From contig CAIWQV010000015.1 in the NCBI GenBank assembly GCA_903914945.1, positions 10-64,009 of the forward strand: 64,000 bases of DNA, in the 5' to 3' direction. This document shows, piece by piece, positions 41,521 to 51,542 of the stretch. The stretch is from an uncultured Methylophilaceae bacterium. Lineage in GTDB: Bacteria > Pseudomonadota > Gammaproteobacteria > Burkholderiales > Methylophilaceae. Each line of letters begins with the position of its first letter. Position 1 is the stretch's first letter. Under the pieces are notes generated by a model that saw only the letters and a list, made by a program, of their open reading frames with translations, searched no databases and was not told where the DNA came from. The translations under genes and the position numbers were made by a program.

Positions 41521-42180
41521 ATGCTACCTATTTCTCAATACAAAACAATCTTATTTGATTGTGATGGGGTTGTTCTAAATTCAAACTTTCTAAAGATAGA
41601 AGCATATCGCCTCACTGCCTTAGAGTTTGGAGCATCCAAAGAAGATGCTATGAGGCTAGTTAACCATCACATCGAATTTACAGGTATATCTAGAAATATT
41701 AAATTCGCATATTTTTTAGAAAACATACTTAAAAAACCAGTAGATGAGTCGTCAATGAATCATCTATTAAGACAATTAAACATTGAAGTCGAGAGACTTC
41801 TTGAAAATTGTGACATCGCTGAAGGTCTCGAAAAGCTTCGAGAAAAAACAAAACAGGCTCACTGGATGATTGTATCGGGGGGTGATCAAGCAGAGATTAT
41901 CCGTCTTTTTTCTAGGAAATCGTTATTAAAATATTTTGATGTTGGTATTTTTGGCAGCCCTGATTCTAAAGAAGAAATTGTGGCGCGTGAATTAAAAAAA
42001 ACAACAGGGCAACCCCCTGCATTATTTATTGGTGATTCAAAATATGATTATCAGGTTGCGAAGAAGAATAATTTAGATTTTATTTTTTTAAGTGACTGGA
42101 CAAATTTTTTTGAATGGAAACATTTTTGCAAAGAAAATAATATTGAAGTCTATCAAAAGCTAGACGATCTGAATCGCTAA
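41521..42180 (+). CDS. HAD-superfamily (IA-like) phosphatase
   Basis: FDCDGV motif I, IVSG, GSP..K, FIGDS..D. Confidence 0.85.
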   Translation: MLPISQYKTILFDCDGVVLNSNFLKIEAYRLTALEFGASKEDAMRLVNHHIEFTGISRNIKFAYFLENILKKPVDESSMNHLLRQLNIEVERLLENCDIAEGLEKLREKTKQAHWMIVSGGDQAEIIRLFSRKSLLKYFDVGIFGSPDSKEEIVARELKKTTGQPPALFIGDSKYDYQVAKKNNLDFIFLSDWTNFFEWKHFCKENNIEVYQKLDDLNR

Positions 42181-43169
42181 ATAATTTTTTTAATAATTTC
42201 ACTAGGCTTAATATTCTTTAAGCAATTAGTATGTTTTAGAGGACAGATTCTTTCAAAACAAGGGCTGCATGATAGACCAAGATAAACTAATTTTGCATGT
42301 CGACTTAAGGGCGGGGTTTTTTTAGGGTCAGAAGAACCAAAAATAGCGACTTGTTTAATATTTAAGCTTGCCGCCACATGCATAAGCCCTGAATCATTAC
42401 TTAAAAATGTTTGGCATAAACTCATTACATCAATAACTTCTTCAAGTTTAGTTTTGCCAATGAGATTAATTACTTTATTCTTTGTGAGTCGATCTAAGGT
42501 TTTTCCTAAATCTTGATCGTGTGTTGAACCTAATGAAATGACTTTCCACCCTTTTTGTATAGCATCATTAGCCACATCCGCAAAATATTCAATAGGCCAT
42601 CTTTTAGTCTCTCCGTATTCGGCACCAGGAGCAATGCCGAGGACTTTATCTGATGAACTTAATTTACCTCTAAGAAGTTTTTTACCATGACTTGGCTTCG
42701 AGATCAGGTATGTAGATAAACTTGGTTTAATATTTTTTGATTTTGGTGCAAGCGCTAAATATTGATCAACTGTTCTATACAGCGCCGGATCTTTTTTAAT
42801 GCAATCATTAATTAAACCAAAGCGCATTTCTCCCAAAAACCCAGTGCGCTTTGGAATACCAGCAAAAAAAGGAATTAGCGCAGATTTAAATGAATTTGTT
42901 AAGACAATAGCTTGCGCATAATCTTCATGCCTTAGCGCTTTAGCAATCAGATAGCGTTTTGATATGTTTAGCTCACCATGACTAAAAGGTAATGAAATTG
43001 ACTTATCAATCTCAGGCATTCTTGACACCAAGGGGATGGTCCAAGCAGGTGAAGCTACATGAAGCTTAACATTAGGATAAATATCTTTAATGGCCTTAAA
43101 AAGCTTTTGTGCGATAACCATATCGCCAAGCCATGACGGTCCAATAATGAGAATTTTTTTTTGGTTCAA
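42177..43169 (-). CDS. waaF: LPS heptosyltransferase II
   Basis: ILIIGPSWLGDMV, GEMRFGL, PGAEYG..KRWP and NDSGLMHVAA motifs; start re-placed at TTG 43169. Confidence 0.93.
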   Translation of the reverse strand: MNQKKILIIGPSWLGDMVIAQKLFKAIKDIYPNVKLHVASPAWTIPLVSRMPEIDKSISLPFSHGELNISKRYLIAKALRHEDYAQAIVLTNSFKSALIPFFAGIPKRTGFLGEMRFGLINDCIKKDPALYRTVDQYLALAPKSKNIKPSLSTYLISKPSHGKKLLRGKLSSSDKVLGIAPGAEYGETKRWPIEYFADVANDAIQKGWKVISLGSTHDQDLGKTLDRLTKNKVINLIGKTKLEEVIDVMSLCQTFLSNDSGLMHVAASLNIKQVAIFGSSDPKKTPPLSRHAKLVYLGLSCSPCFERICPLKHTNCLKNIKPSEIIKKII

Positions 43170-43173
43170 AATC

Positions 43174-44622
43174 TTAAGAGATTTTTTTGATGATAGCACT
43201 CGTGCTTCTACCAGGAACAACAGAAACTAATTCAACCCTGCCATGCCATTTTTTTAATTCTTGATGGCCCACAACTTGATTTTTTTTATAGTCGCTACCT
43301 TTAACCAAAATGTCAGGCTGAATTTTTTTTATTAAATGAAGCGGTGTAGTTTCACTAAAAATGATAATGCTATCTACAGAAGAAAGTGCCGAAAGAACTC
43401 TTGCTCGATCTTCTTGGTGAATCACAGGTCTTGATTTGCCTTTTAGTTTTGTGACCGACGAGTCACTATTAAGGGCCAATATAAGTACATCACCTAATTT
43501 TTTTGCTTTTTCAAGATAGGTCACATGGCCCGCATGAAGAATGTCAAAACAGCCGTTTGTAAATACAATTTTCTTTTTTTGTTTCTTCCAAATTGCGACT
43601 TGTTCCATCAGATCTGAGAGTGAATGAATTTTTTTCTCTTGTTCAGAATGCTGAGAATTTAGAGTTTTTAAGAGTTCTTGGAGCGAAATAGGAATGGTAC
43701 CTAATTTTCCAATCACTATGCCTGCAGCTACATTTGCAATATTAAGACAGTTTTCAACAGGCATCTTTGCGATCATACACGCTGCAAGAGTTGCAATAAC
43801 GGTATCACCCGCACCTGATACATCAAATACTTGTTGCTGATTTATAGCAGGTAAATTTTTAATAGTATTGCCTTGTATTAAATCAATACCTTCCTCACCT
43901 TTTGTCATGGCAATAAATTGCAAATTAAGAGATTTCTTTAATTTTAGAAGAGGGGTTAAAAAGTTAGTATTTTTTGTCACATGAATGTGGCAGGCTTCGA
44001 TAGCTTCTTTTTTGTTTGGAGTAATCGCAGTTGCATTTTTATATTTATTGTAATTAGTTCCTTTAGGATCGACTAATACTGGTATTTTTTTTAATCTTGC
44101 AAGTTTAATAACGTTTTGACATAGCGCTTCACTCAAAACTCCTTTTGCATAGTCGGACAAAATAACGATAGAAGGTTTCTTATTAAGAAGGGCCGATATT
44201 CTTTTAATTAGCAGTTTTGAATCAATCAATTCTGCCATTGCCTCTTGATCAATTCGCATCATTTGTTGATGTTCACCAATGATCCGTGTTTTTGTAGTTG
44301 TAGGATTTTTGTCCTTGACAATCCCATCTACACCAATGTGATTTTTTTTGAGGATCTCGAGTAACTTTTTGCCATCTGCATCATGACCAATTTGACCAGC
44401 TAAAATTGTTTTGATGCCTAACTGAGCTAGATTGGCTGCTACATTTCCTGATCCACCAATACGATCAAATGATTCTTTCAATCTCACAACTGGAACAGGT
44501 GCTTCAGGCGAGATTCTTGAGACGCTACCAATTAAATAGCGATCTAACATTAAATCACCAACGACCAATGCCCAATGATTTTGTGAATTAAACTTATTTT
44601 TGATAATATCAATTTCGCTCAT
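43174..44622 (-). CDS. hldE: Bifunctional heptose 7-phosphate kinase / heptose 1-phosphate adenylyltransferase
   Basis: GDLMLDRY, RISPEAPVPVV and DVSGAGDT plus FTNGCFDILHAGH motifs. Confidence 0.96.
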   Translation of the reverse strand: MSEIDIIKNKFNSQNHWALVVGDLMLDRYLIGSVSRISPEAPVPVVRLKESFDRIGGSGNVAANLAQLGIKTILAGQIGHDADGKKLLEILKKNHIGVDGIVKDKNPTTTKTRIIGEHQQMMRIDQEAMAELIDSKLLIKRISALLNKKPSIVILSDYAKGVLSEALCQNVIKLARLKKIPVLVDPKGTNYNKYKNATAITPNKKEAIEACHIHVTKNTNFLTPLLKLKKSLNLQFIAMTKGEEGIDLIQGNTIKNLPAINQQQVFDVSGAGDTVIATLAACMIAKMPVENCLNIANVAAGIVIGKLGTIPISLQELLKTLNSQHSEQEKKIHSLSDLMEQVAIWKKQKKKIVFTNGCFDILHAGHVTYLEKAKKLGDVLILALNSDSSVTKLKGKSRPVIHQEDRARVLSALSSVDSIIIFSETTPLHLIKKIQPDILVKGSDYKKNQVVGHQELKKWHGRVELVSVVPGRSTSAIIKKIS

Positions 44623-44625
44623 AAG

Positions 44626-45198
44626 TTATTCGCCTTCATCAATGAGTTCGCAGAGGATATGCCCAATAAGAATATGCGCTTCTTGGATTCTTGCTGTTTC
44701 ATTTGAGTCTATAACGATAGTGTGAGCTGATATTTTTTTAATAAGACCACCATCACCACCGGTTAAGCCAATTGAAATCGCACCTAATGTGTTTGCTTTT
44801 TCTAGCCCTTTAACGACGTTTTTACTATTGCCTGATGTAGAAATACCAATCACCACATCATTTTTTAAACATAGCGCTTCGATTTGCCTTGAAAAAATAT
44901 GCTCATAACCATAATCATTTGCAACAGCTGTAATAATCGATGTATCTGTCGTTAATGCAATAGCAGGTAAGCCTTTACGTTCTTTTACGAATCGCCCTAC
45001 GATTTCTGCAGCAATATGTTGGCTGTCAGATGCGCTCCCGCCGTTTCCAAAAATAAGAACTTTACCACCCGAGTGAAGTGTTTTTTTAATCACACTCGCT
45101 ACTTCACTTATCTGTGGAATGAGAGAAATTGATTTTTGAATCGTATCTTGGTGATTTTTAAAGATGGATTCTATTTTTTTGAAATTTTCATTACTCAT
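44626..45198 (-). CDS. gmhA: Sedoheptulose 7-phosphate isomerase
   Basis: GNGGSASDSQH, ANDYGY, ISTSGNS and RIQEAH motifs. Confidence 0.96.
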   Translation of the reverse strand: MSNENFKKIESIFKNHQDTIQKSISLIPQISEVASVIKKTLHSGGKVLIFGNGGSASDSQHIAAEIVGRFVKERKGLPAIALTTDTSIITAVANDYGYEHIFSRQIEALCLKNDVVIGISTSGNSKNVVKGLEKANTLGAISIGLTGGDGGLIKKISAHTIVIDSNETARIQEAHILIGHILCELIDEGE

Positions 45199-46178
45199 GC
45201 GTATGTATCACTTTTAGTTAAATAATTTATGGCGTAATCCTTAATGCCTTCTTCAATAGTAAGAAAAGGTTTTGTATATCCAGCATCTTTTAGTTTCTTT
45301 ACATTAGCTTCAGTAAAGTATTGATATTTTCCCTTAAGATCGTCTGGCATATCAAAATATTTGATCGCACCTACATCGCCCTCAATACTCTTTAAAAGAG
45401 ATTCTGCCAGGGATTTAAAGCTTGAAGCTTTTCCTGTGCCTACATTATAGATACCTGAATGTTTTTTGTGAGTTAAAAAATGCAAAACAGCTGCTGCAGC
45501 ATCTTTCACATAAACAAAATCCCGTAATTGCATACCATTTTTATAGTCGGGGCGATCGCTTTTGAAGAGCCTTATTTCGCCTTCTATTTTATGTTGATTA
45601 AATGCATGCAATACAACGCTTGCCATTCTATTCTTATGGTATTCGTTAGGGCCATATACATTAAAAAATTTAAATCCACACCATTGAGGAGGTGTTTTTT
45701 CTTTTGCGAGGACTTGTTGCACTGCCCATTGATCGAAAAATTGCTTTGAATAACCGTAAGCATTAAGAGGTCTGAGTTTGTTAAGTTCTGACTCATTATC
45801 ATCATAGCCAAATTCTCCGCTGCCATATGTGGCTGCAGAACTTGCATAAAGAAAAGGTATGCCATGATCGCTTGCATAGCGCCATAGATTTTGACTATAA
45901 CGAATATTTTGGTTTAAGAGTTTATTAAAATCAGTTTCGGTTGTGGCGCTAATAGCCCCCATATGAATGATGGCTTCGATTTCTTGTTTTTTTTCAAGCC
46001 AAGGAAATAAATCGTCTTTATCAAGATAGTCGATATAGCTTCTTTTGCTCAAATTATTCCATTGATCTGGATGTTGAATATCATCGACGATTATGATGTC
46101 TTTGCGATCAAGGATAGTATTCAGATGCCAAGCAATGATACTTCCAATCATCCCGGCACCACCAGTAAGTATTATCAT
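45195..46178 (-). CDS. hldD: ADP-L-glycero-D-manno-heptose 6-epimerase
   Basis: TGGAGMIGS, YASSAATYG, YGYSK, FNVYGPNEYHK..MAS and YQYFTEA motifs. Confidence 0.96.
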   Translation of the reverse strand: MIILTGGAGMIGSIIAWHLNTILDRKDIIIVDDIQHPDQWNNLSKRSYIDYLDKDDLFPWLEKKQEIEAIIHMGAISATTETDFNKLLNQNIRYSQNLWRYASDHGIPFLYASSAATYGSGEFGYDDNESELNKLRPLNAYGYSKQFFDQWAVQQVLAKEKTPPQWCGFKFFNVYGPNEYHKNRMASVVLHAFNQHKIEGEIRLFKSDRPDYKNGMQLRDFVYVKDAAAAVLHFLTHKKHSGIYNVGTGKASSFKSLAESLLKSIEGDVGAIKYFDMPDDLKGKYQYFTEANVKKLKDAGYTKPFLTIEEGIKDYAINYLTKSDTYA

Positions 46179-46201
46179 AATGAGGCGTTATCTTTTAATA
46201 A

Positions 46202-47311
46202 TTAGGATTGTCTTTTTTCTATCAAACCAGCTCTTTTTTTGGTGATCGCCGAATGTTGAGCTTCTTTTTTAGCTGTCCACTTATGATCAATCCAGCCTTC
46301 TAAATTCTCAAGAATTATACCTTGCATAGCATTAATCCAATCCGGATTGTCATTGAGCGCAGGGATATAACTAAAGCTTTTGCCGCCATTACTTAAGAAA
46401 ATATGTCGGCCTTCAATATTAATTTCTTCTAAGGTTTCTAAACAATCACTTGAAAAGCCTGGACAAATCACATGCACATTTTTTTCACCTTTTTTACCTA
46501 GTTCAGTCATCACTTCCGCGTAATAAGGCTTTAGCCATTCAGCCCTCCCAAAACGCGACTGAAAAGACACCATATATTCGTTTTCTTTTAACTTTAAAGC
46601 CTCAGCAAGTAAGCGAGCTGTTTTATAACATTCGCAATGATATGGGTCGCCTTGTATTAAAGATTTTTTTGGAATGCCATGGAAGCTCATTACTAGCTTT
46701 GAAGGTTTTCCATTTTTTTTCCAAAATTGCAAGATCGACGATTTAAGTGCGCTTATATAAAGAGGGTGATCGTGATAATTTCTAATTGTTCTTATAGCAG
46801 GCACATTCCTTACTTTAAGGAGAACACGCCATAGAGCATCCATAGCTGATGCGCTTGATGACGCCGCATATTGAGGATAGAGAGGAAGCAAAAGAATTTT
46901 AGTGCAATTTTTTTCTTTTAATTTTAAGACTGCACTTTTCATTGAAGGATTGCCGTAGGACATGCCCAACTCAATTTCAATCGGTTGAGCGATCGACTTT
47001 TTAATTTTCATAGTTAATGCTTTTGTTTGGTTTTTTGCATTAACTAAAAGGGGAGAGCCTTGTTTGGTCCAAACCTTCGCATATTTTTTTGCTGAACTTC
47101 CCGGCCTAAATACGAGAATGATGAAATGAAGAATCCAACACCAAATAAATCGTGGTATCTCGACTACTCTTCGATCCATAAGAAATTGTTGTAAATATTT
47201 TCTTACTGCATGTGTACTAAGTGAATCAGGCGTGCCTAAGTTTGCAAGAATGATACCAATCTTAGGAGCATCACCATGTTGATATTTCGGTTCTTCAGTA
47301 AAGTAGTTCAT
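46202..47311 (-). CDS. hemH: Ferrochelatase
   Basis: NLGTP, PLYPQY, SFHGIP, FQSRFG and DCLETLEE motifs. Confidence 0.96.
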   Translation of the reverse strand: MNYFTEEPKYQHGDAPKIGIILANLGTPDSLSTHAVRKYLQQFLMDRRVVEIPRFIWCWILHFIILVFRPGSSAKKYAKVWTKQGSPLLVNAKNQTKALTMKIKKSIAQPIEIELGMSYGNPSMKSAVLKLKEKNCTKILLLPLYPQYAASSSASAMDALWRVLLKVRNVPAIRTIRNYHDHPLYISALKSSILQFWKKNGKPSKLVMSFHGIPKKSLIQGDPYHCECYKTARLLAEALKLKENEYMVSFQSRFGRAEWLKPYYAEVMTELGKKGEKNVHVICPGFSSDCLETLEEINIEGRHIFLSNGGKSFSYIPALNDNPDWINAMQGIILENLEGWIDHKWTAKKEAQHSAITKKRAGLIEKRQS

Positions 47312-48333
47312 TAATGTTGACTCAGTGCGTTAGAAAGAAGTTTAGCTGTGATATCGACGATAGGAATGACTCTTTCATAAGCCATTCTTGTGGGACCAAT
47401 GACTCCGAGCGTACCTACAATTTCACCATCAGTTTCATAAGAGGAGGTGATAAGACTACATTCATCTAGAGATGAATAACCAGATTCGTTCCCAATAAAA
47501 ATTTGGATGCCTTCTGCAAGCTGACTTTTATCGAGAAGCCTCATGAGTGCAGTGCGCTTTTCAAATATCTCAAAAATTTTTCTTAAGCCTGATATATTTT
47601 TTGCAAGCTCTTCTGATTGAATGAGATTGCTTTGGCCTGTAATAACAATAGATTCGCTCTCAGGGTAGATCACATCATTGCCGACTTCAATTGCAGCTGT
47701 CATAAGCTTAATCATATCAGCATGCATTCTAGATAATTCATCGACCAAAGTATCTTTGACTTTTGCAAAAGTATTGCCGCTGAAATTATGATTAAAATAA
47801 TTAGCTGCCTCCACAAGATCATCATGACTATAATCTTTTTCTGTCATCACAATTCTGTTTTGAACATTGCCATCATTTGTGACAATAATGACAAGAATTT
47901 TTTTCTCAGATAAACCAATAAATTCCAGATGTTTAAATGTTGTTTTTTTGGCTTTAGGAATAAGGACAACGCCTGCAAAATGCGTAAGGGTGGATAAAAT
48001 ATCTGCTGCATTATTGATAATCTTTTTGTTATCACCAATATTCATTTGATTTTTTAATGAAGTGACAATATTGTCGTCCAGGGGTTTAACGGTAAGCAAT
48101 GAATCCACAAAAAGTCGATAACCTAATTGCGTAGGAATTCTTCCGGCTGAGGTATGGGGGCTTGTAATAAAACCAAGATCTTCCAAGTCTTTCATGGTAT
48201 TTCGAATAGAGGCAGGACTTAGATCTAAGCCAGATGATTTAGAAAGCGTTCTAGACCCCACAGGCTGCCCATCATTAATGTGTTGCTCAATGAGGGTTTT
48301 TAAAAGAATTTGGGCACGTTTATCTAGCATCAT
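47311..48333 (-). CDS. hrcA: Heat-inducible transcription repressor HrcA
   Basis: PVGSRTL, SPHTSAGRIPT and GVIGPTRMAY motifs. Confidence 0.97.
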   Translation of the reverse strand: MMLDKRAQILLKTLIEQHINDGQPVGSRTLSKSSGLDLSPASIRNTMKDLEDLGFITSPHTSAGRIPTQLGYRLFVDSLLTVKPLDDNIVTSLKNQMNIGDNKKIINNAADILSTLTHFAGVVLIPKAKKTTFKHLEFIGLSEKKILVIIVTNDGNVQNRIVMTEKDYSHDDLVEAANYFNHNFSGNTFAKVKDTLVDELSRMHADMIKLMTAAIEVGNDVIYPESESIVITGQSNLIQSEELAKNISGLRKIFEIFEKRTALMRLLDKSQLAEGIQIFIGNESGYSSLDECSLITSSYETDGEIVGTLGVIGPTRMAYERVIPIVDITAKLLSNALSQH

Positions 48334-48510
48334 TAAATAGAGTTATTCATATAAATCGATATGCTTTAAAATAGTCAGTAAAGCCTAAGTTTCAAGGTGT
48401 AATAAGGCATTCTAACACGCAGCAGTTTTGTAAATGAATGCCTATATACTAAGTTTTTCTTTATTAAATTGCTATATATTCTTTCGTCTTAAGTATGCTT
48501 TAATTCAATT

Positions 48511-49380
48511 ATGGAAAGTCTCTTTAAATCAGTCGCAATTATTGGAAAATATGCAAGCGACAGTGAATCATCTGACATTAAGTCGCAGCTTTTAGAGCTT
48601 GCTCAATATTTGACTCAGAAAAAGATCAATATCTTTATTGAGGCCAAAACACATCAGTCCGGAAATTACAAAGCGTTCAAGTCGATCAATCTAGAGGATA
48701 TTGGAAAGCAAGCCGATCTTGCGATCGTCGTGGGTGGTGATGGCACCATGCTTGGCGTTGCTAGATCTCTTGTAAATTTTGATATTCCATTAATAGGCAT
48801 TAATCAAGGACGTTTTGGATTTTTAGCTGATTTAAATACAAGCAATATGCTCGAATCGATTGATGAAATATTTCAAGGCTCCTCTTACAAAGACAAAAGA
48901 ATGCTCCTGAGTTCCAAAATTTTTAGAGGCTCGACATGTATCTATGAGTCGTTAGCGCTTAATGATGTTGTGGTTCGAAGTGGTTCTCGTTTAATTGAAT
49001 TAGAAGTATCGATTAACGGAAGTTTTGTCCATAAACAACGCTCAGACGGACTCGTCGTATCAACCCCGACAGGGACAACTGCTTACGCACTTTCTGCAGG
49101 CGGACCCATCCTCCATCCTGAGTTAGAGGCGATATCGATTGTACCCATCAGCCCTCACACATTAAGTAACCGCCCTATTGCCGTGAATAGCAAAAGCATG
49201 ATTGAAATTGATGTGGTAAATATGGATGAGTCTTACTTAAGCATTGATGGACAACTTAAGGTCCAACTTGAGCTTCATGATCGCGTAGAAATTAAACGCG
49301 CAGAAAAAATGATTACACTCTTACATCCTAAAGATTATTGTTACTTCGAGATGCTAAGAAAAAAATTAAATTGGGGTTAA
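48511..49380 (+). CDS. nadK: NAD kinase
   Basis: GGDGTML, LNDVV, DGLVVSTPTGTTAYALSAGGPI motifs. Confidence 0.96.
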   Translation: MESLFKSVAIIGKYASDSESSDIKSQLLELAQYLTQKKINIFIEAKTHQSGNYKAFKSINLEDIGKQADLAIVVGGDGTMLGVARSLVNFDIPLIGINQGRFGFLADLNTSNMLESIDEIFQGSSYKDKRMLLSSKIFRGSTCIYESLALNDVVVRSGSRLIELEVSINGSFVHKQRSDGLVVSTPTGTTAYALSAGGPILHPELEAISIVPISPHTLSNRPIAVNSKSMIEIDVVNMDESYLSIDGQLKVQLELHDRVEIKRAEKMITLLHPKDYCYFEMLRKKLNWG

Positions 49381-49389
49381 TTTAAAACT

Positions 49390-51048
49390 ATGTTGCTTAA
49401 TTTATCTATTCTTGATTTTGTCATTGTTGACAAAATGAGCTTAGATTTTAAACCTGGTTTTTCGGCGCTAACAGGAGAAACAGGTGCCGGTAAATCCATT
49501 TTGATTGACGCATTATCCTTAGCGCTTGGTCAGCGAAATGAAGGTGGAGTCGTGAGGCTGCATCAAGATAAAGCAGATATCAGTGCAATCTTTGATATCC
49601 AAAATAATAATGAAGTGATTGACTGGCTAAAAGAAAACGAACTTGAATCCGACAATGCTGAGCTTATTTTAAGAAGAGTGATTCATGCAGATGGCAAATC
49701 AAGAGCTTTTATAAATGGCAAAGTATCAACACTCCAACAATTAAAGGAATTGGGAGAATCATTGGTCGATATCTACAGCCAAAACTCCCATCATTCGCTC
49801 TTAAAATTAAGTTCGCAAAGACAAATATTAGATAACTTTGGTGGTCACAGCGACCTTGCAGCAGAGGTATATCTTCTCTATCAAACCTGGCATAAGCTTC
49901 ATATACAAAAAATTGAATATGAAAAGAATGCTCAAATTTATAGTGACGAGTTAGCAGAATTAAGAGATAAATTAAGAGAGTTAAAGCAATTTGCATTTAC
50001 TTTAGCTGATTGGGAAACTTTGCAGCAAGATCACTCCATGATGTCTCATGGTAGCGAGCTCATTGAAAATATTAACTTTTGTATTGAGGTCTTGGAAAAA
50101 GACGACACAGCAATTTCGAATCGACTTCATTTAGTACAACAAAAAATTTCTCACTCGGTTGCTATTGATGAGAAATTAAAAGAATCTTCTGATCTGATGG
50201 ATTCTATTTGTATTCAAACTCAAGAGTTGACTCGATCTCTTAATCGCTATTTGCAGAAAGTCGATTTAGATCCCGAAAGGCTAAAAGATATTGAGGCGCG
50301 GATTCAAGCTATCCATAATTTTGGAAGAAAGCATCGTATTAAGCCTGAAGAATTTGAAGCTACATTAATTAGTTGGCAAGCGCGCATGGATGAGCTTGAA
50401 TCCTTTCAATCAGATGAAGGTATTGATGCAAAAGAAAAAGCAGCCCTTGAAGCATTCAATCAGAAAGCAAATCTATTAACTCAAGCGCGTAAAAAAGCAG
50501 CCGAGACTTTAGGCCAAAACATTACGGATGCTATGCAAAAATTATCTTTTAGTCACGGCCGTTTTGAGGTGAAATTAACCCCACAAGAACCATCTCTTCA
50601 TGGACTAGAACAAATTGAATTTTTAGCAGCCCCTCATTTGGGCGCTGAAGCTAGACCTATTCATAAGGCAGCTTCAGGCGGAGAACTTTCTCGTTTAAGT
50701 CTTGCAATACGAGTTGCTTCCATCTCTAAAGCGAATGTACCTTGCATGATTTTTGATGAAGTCGATGTAGGAATTGGTGGTAGTGTGGCGGAAATTGTAG
50801 GTAAGCTTTTAAAAGAATTAGGCAGTCACGATCAAAGACAGGTTTTAGTGATTACGCATCTACCTCAGGTAGCGTCGCTCGCAGTGCATCATTACAAGGT
50901 CTCTAAAACGCAAGAAAATAATCAAACGCTGAGTCATATTCACTTAATGGATGAGAAGATGCGCGTTGATGAAATTGCTCGTATGTTAGGCGGTATATCG
51001 ATTACGGATACAACGAGAGAACACGCTAAAGAAATGCTTCAGGCTTAA
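49390..51048 (+). CDS. recN: DNA repair protein RecN
   Basis: TGETGAGKS, ASGGELSR, FDEVDVGIGG and ITHLPQVA motifs. Confidence 0.97.
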   Translation: MLLNLSILDFVIVDKMSLDFKPGFSALTGETGAGKSILIDALSLALGQRNEGGVVRLHQDKADISAIFDIQNNNEVIDWLKENELESDNAELILRRVIHADGKSRAFINGKVSTLQQLKELGESLVDIYSQNSHHSLLKLSSQRQILDNFGGHSDLAAEVYLLYQTWHKLHIQKIEYEKNAQIYSDELAELRDKLRELKQFAFTLADWETLQQDHSMMSHGSELIENINFCIEVLEKDDTAISNRLHLVQQKISHSVAIDEKLKESSDLMDSICIQTQELTRSLNRYLQKVDLDPERLKDIEARIQAIHNFGRKHRIKPEEFEATLISWQARMDELESFQSDEGIDAKEKAALEAFNQKANLLTQARKKAAETLGQNITDAMQKLSFSHGRFEVKLTPQEPSLHGLEQIEFLAAPHLGAEARPIHKAASGGELSRLSLAIRVASISKANVPCMIFDEVDVGIGGSVAEIVGKLLKELGSHDQRQVLVITHLPQVASLAVHHYKVSKTQENNQTLSHIHLMDEKMRVDEIARMLGGISITDTTREHAKEMLQA

Positions 51049-51473
51049 GCTTTTTTGGGGCAGGGATTTTTATTACATTCAGCATAGATATAAAGCGAAT
51101 GCTCTTGAATAGTAAATCCTTTTTTAGTAGCAATTATTTTCTGTCTTTTTTCAATTTCGTCGTCACAGAATTCTTCTACATGCCCACATTGCATACATAC
51201 AATATGATCGTGATGTTGAGAATCACTTAATTCAAACACAGCTTTATCGCTTTCAAAATGATGACGCAACAAAAGACCGGCCTGTTCAAATTGGGTTAAT
51301 ACTCGATACACAGTTGCAAGACCCACATCTTCACCAGATTTAATTAAGAGCTTATACACGTCTTCAGCAGAAAGATGCCTCGCTTCACTGTGCTCAAAAA
51401 GACTTAAAATCTTAAGTCTGGGAAGCGTTGCTTTAAGCCCTGATTTTTTTAAATCTTTATGATCTTGTCCCAT
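51045..51473 (-). CDS. fur: Ferric uptake regulator
   Basis: GLKATLPRL, GLATVYRVLTQF and HHDH motifs; recN-fur-bamE synteny. Confidence 0.97.
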   Translation of the reverse strand: MGQDHKDLKKSGLKATLPRLKILSLFEHSEARHLSAEDVYKLLIKSGEDVGLATVYRVLTQFEQAGLLLRHHFESDKAVFELSDSQHHDHIVCMQCGHVEEFCDDEIEKRQKIIATKKGFTIQEHSLYIYAECNKNPCPKKA

Positions 51474-51542
51474 GGAATCACCCTAAAAATTACATCATGA
51501 AGCATTTTGAATACTGCCTAGCATGTTATATTAATACGCATT

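Noticed and set aside
48360-48400. CTTGAAA upstream of hrcA as a sigma32 promoter
   Set aside because: No CCCCAT-like -10 at the right spacing and no CIRCE
51474-51542. Fur box in the fur-bamE spacer (also checked 7610-7660)
   Set aside because: Poor match to GATAATGATAATCATTATC; AT-rich background explains partial hits
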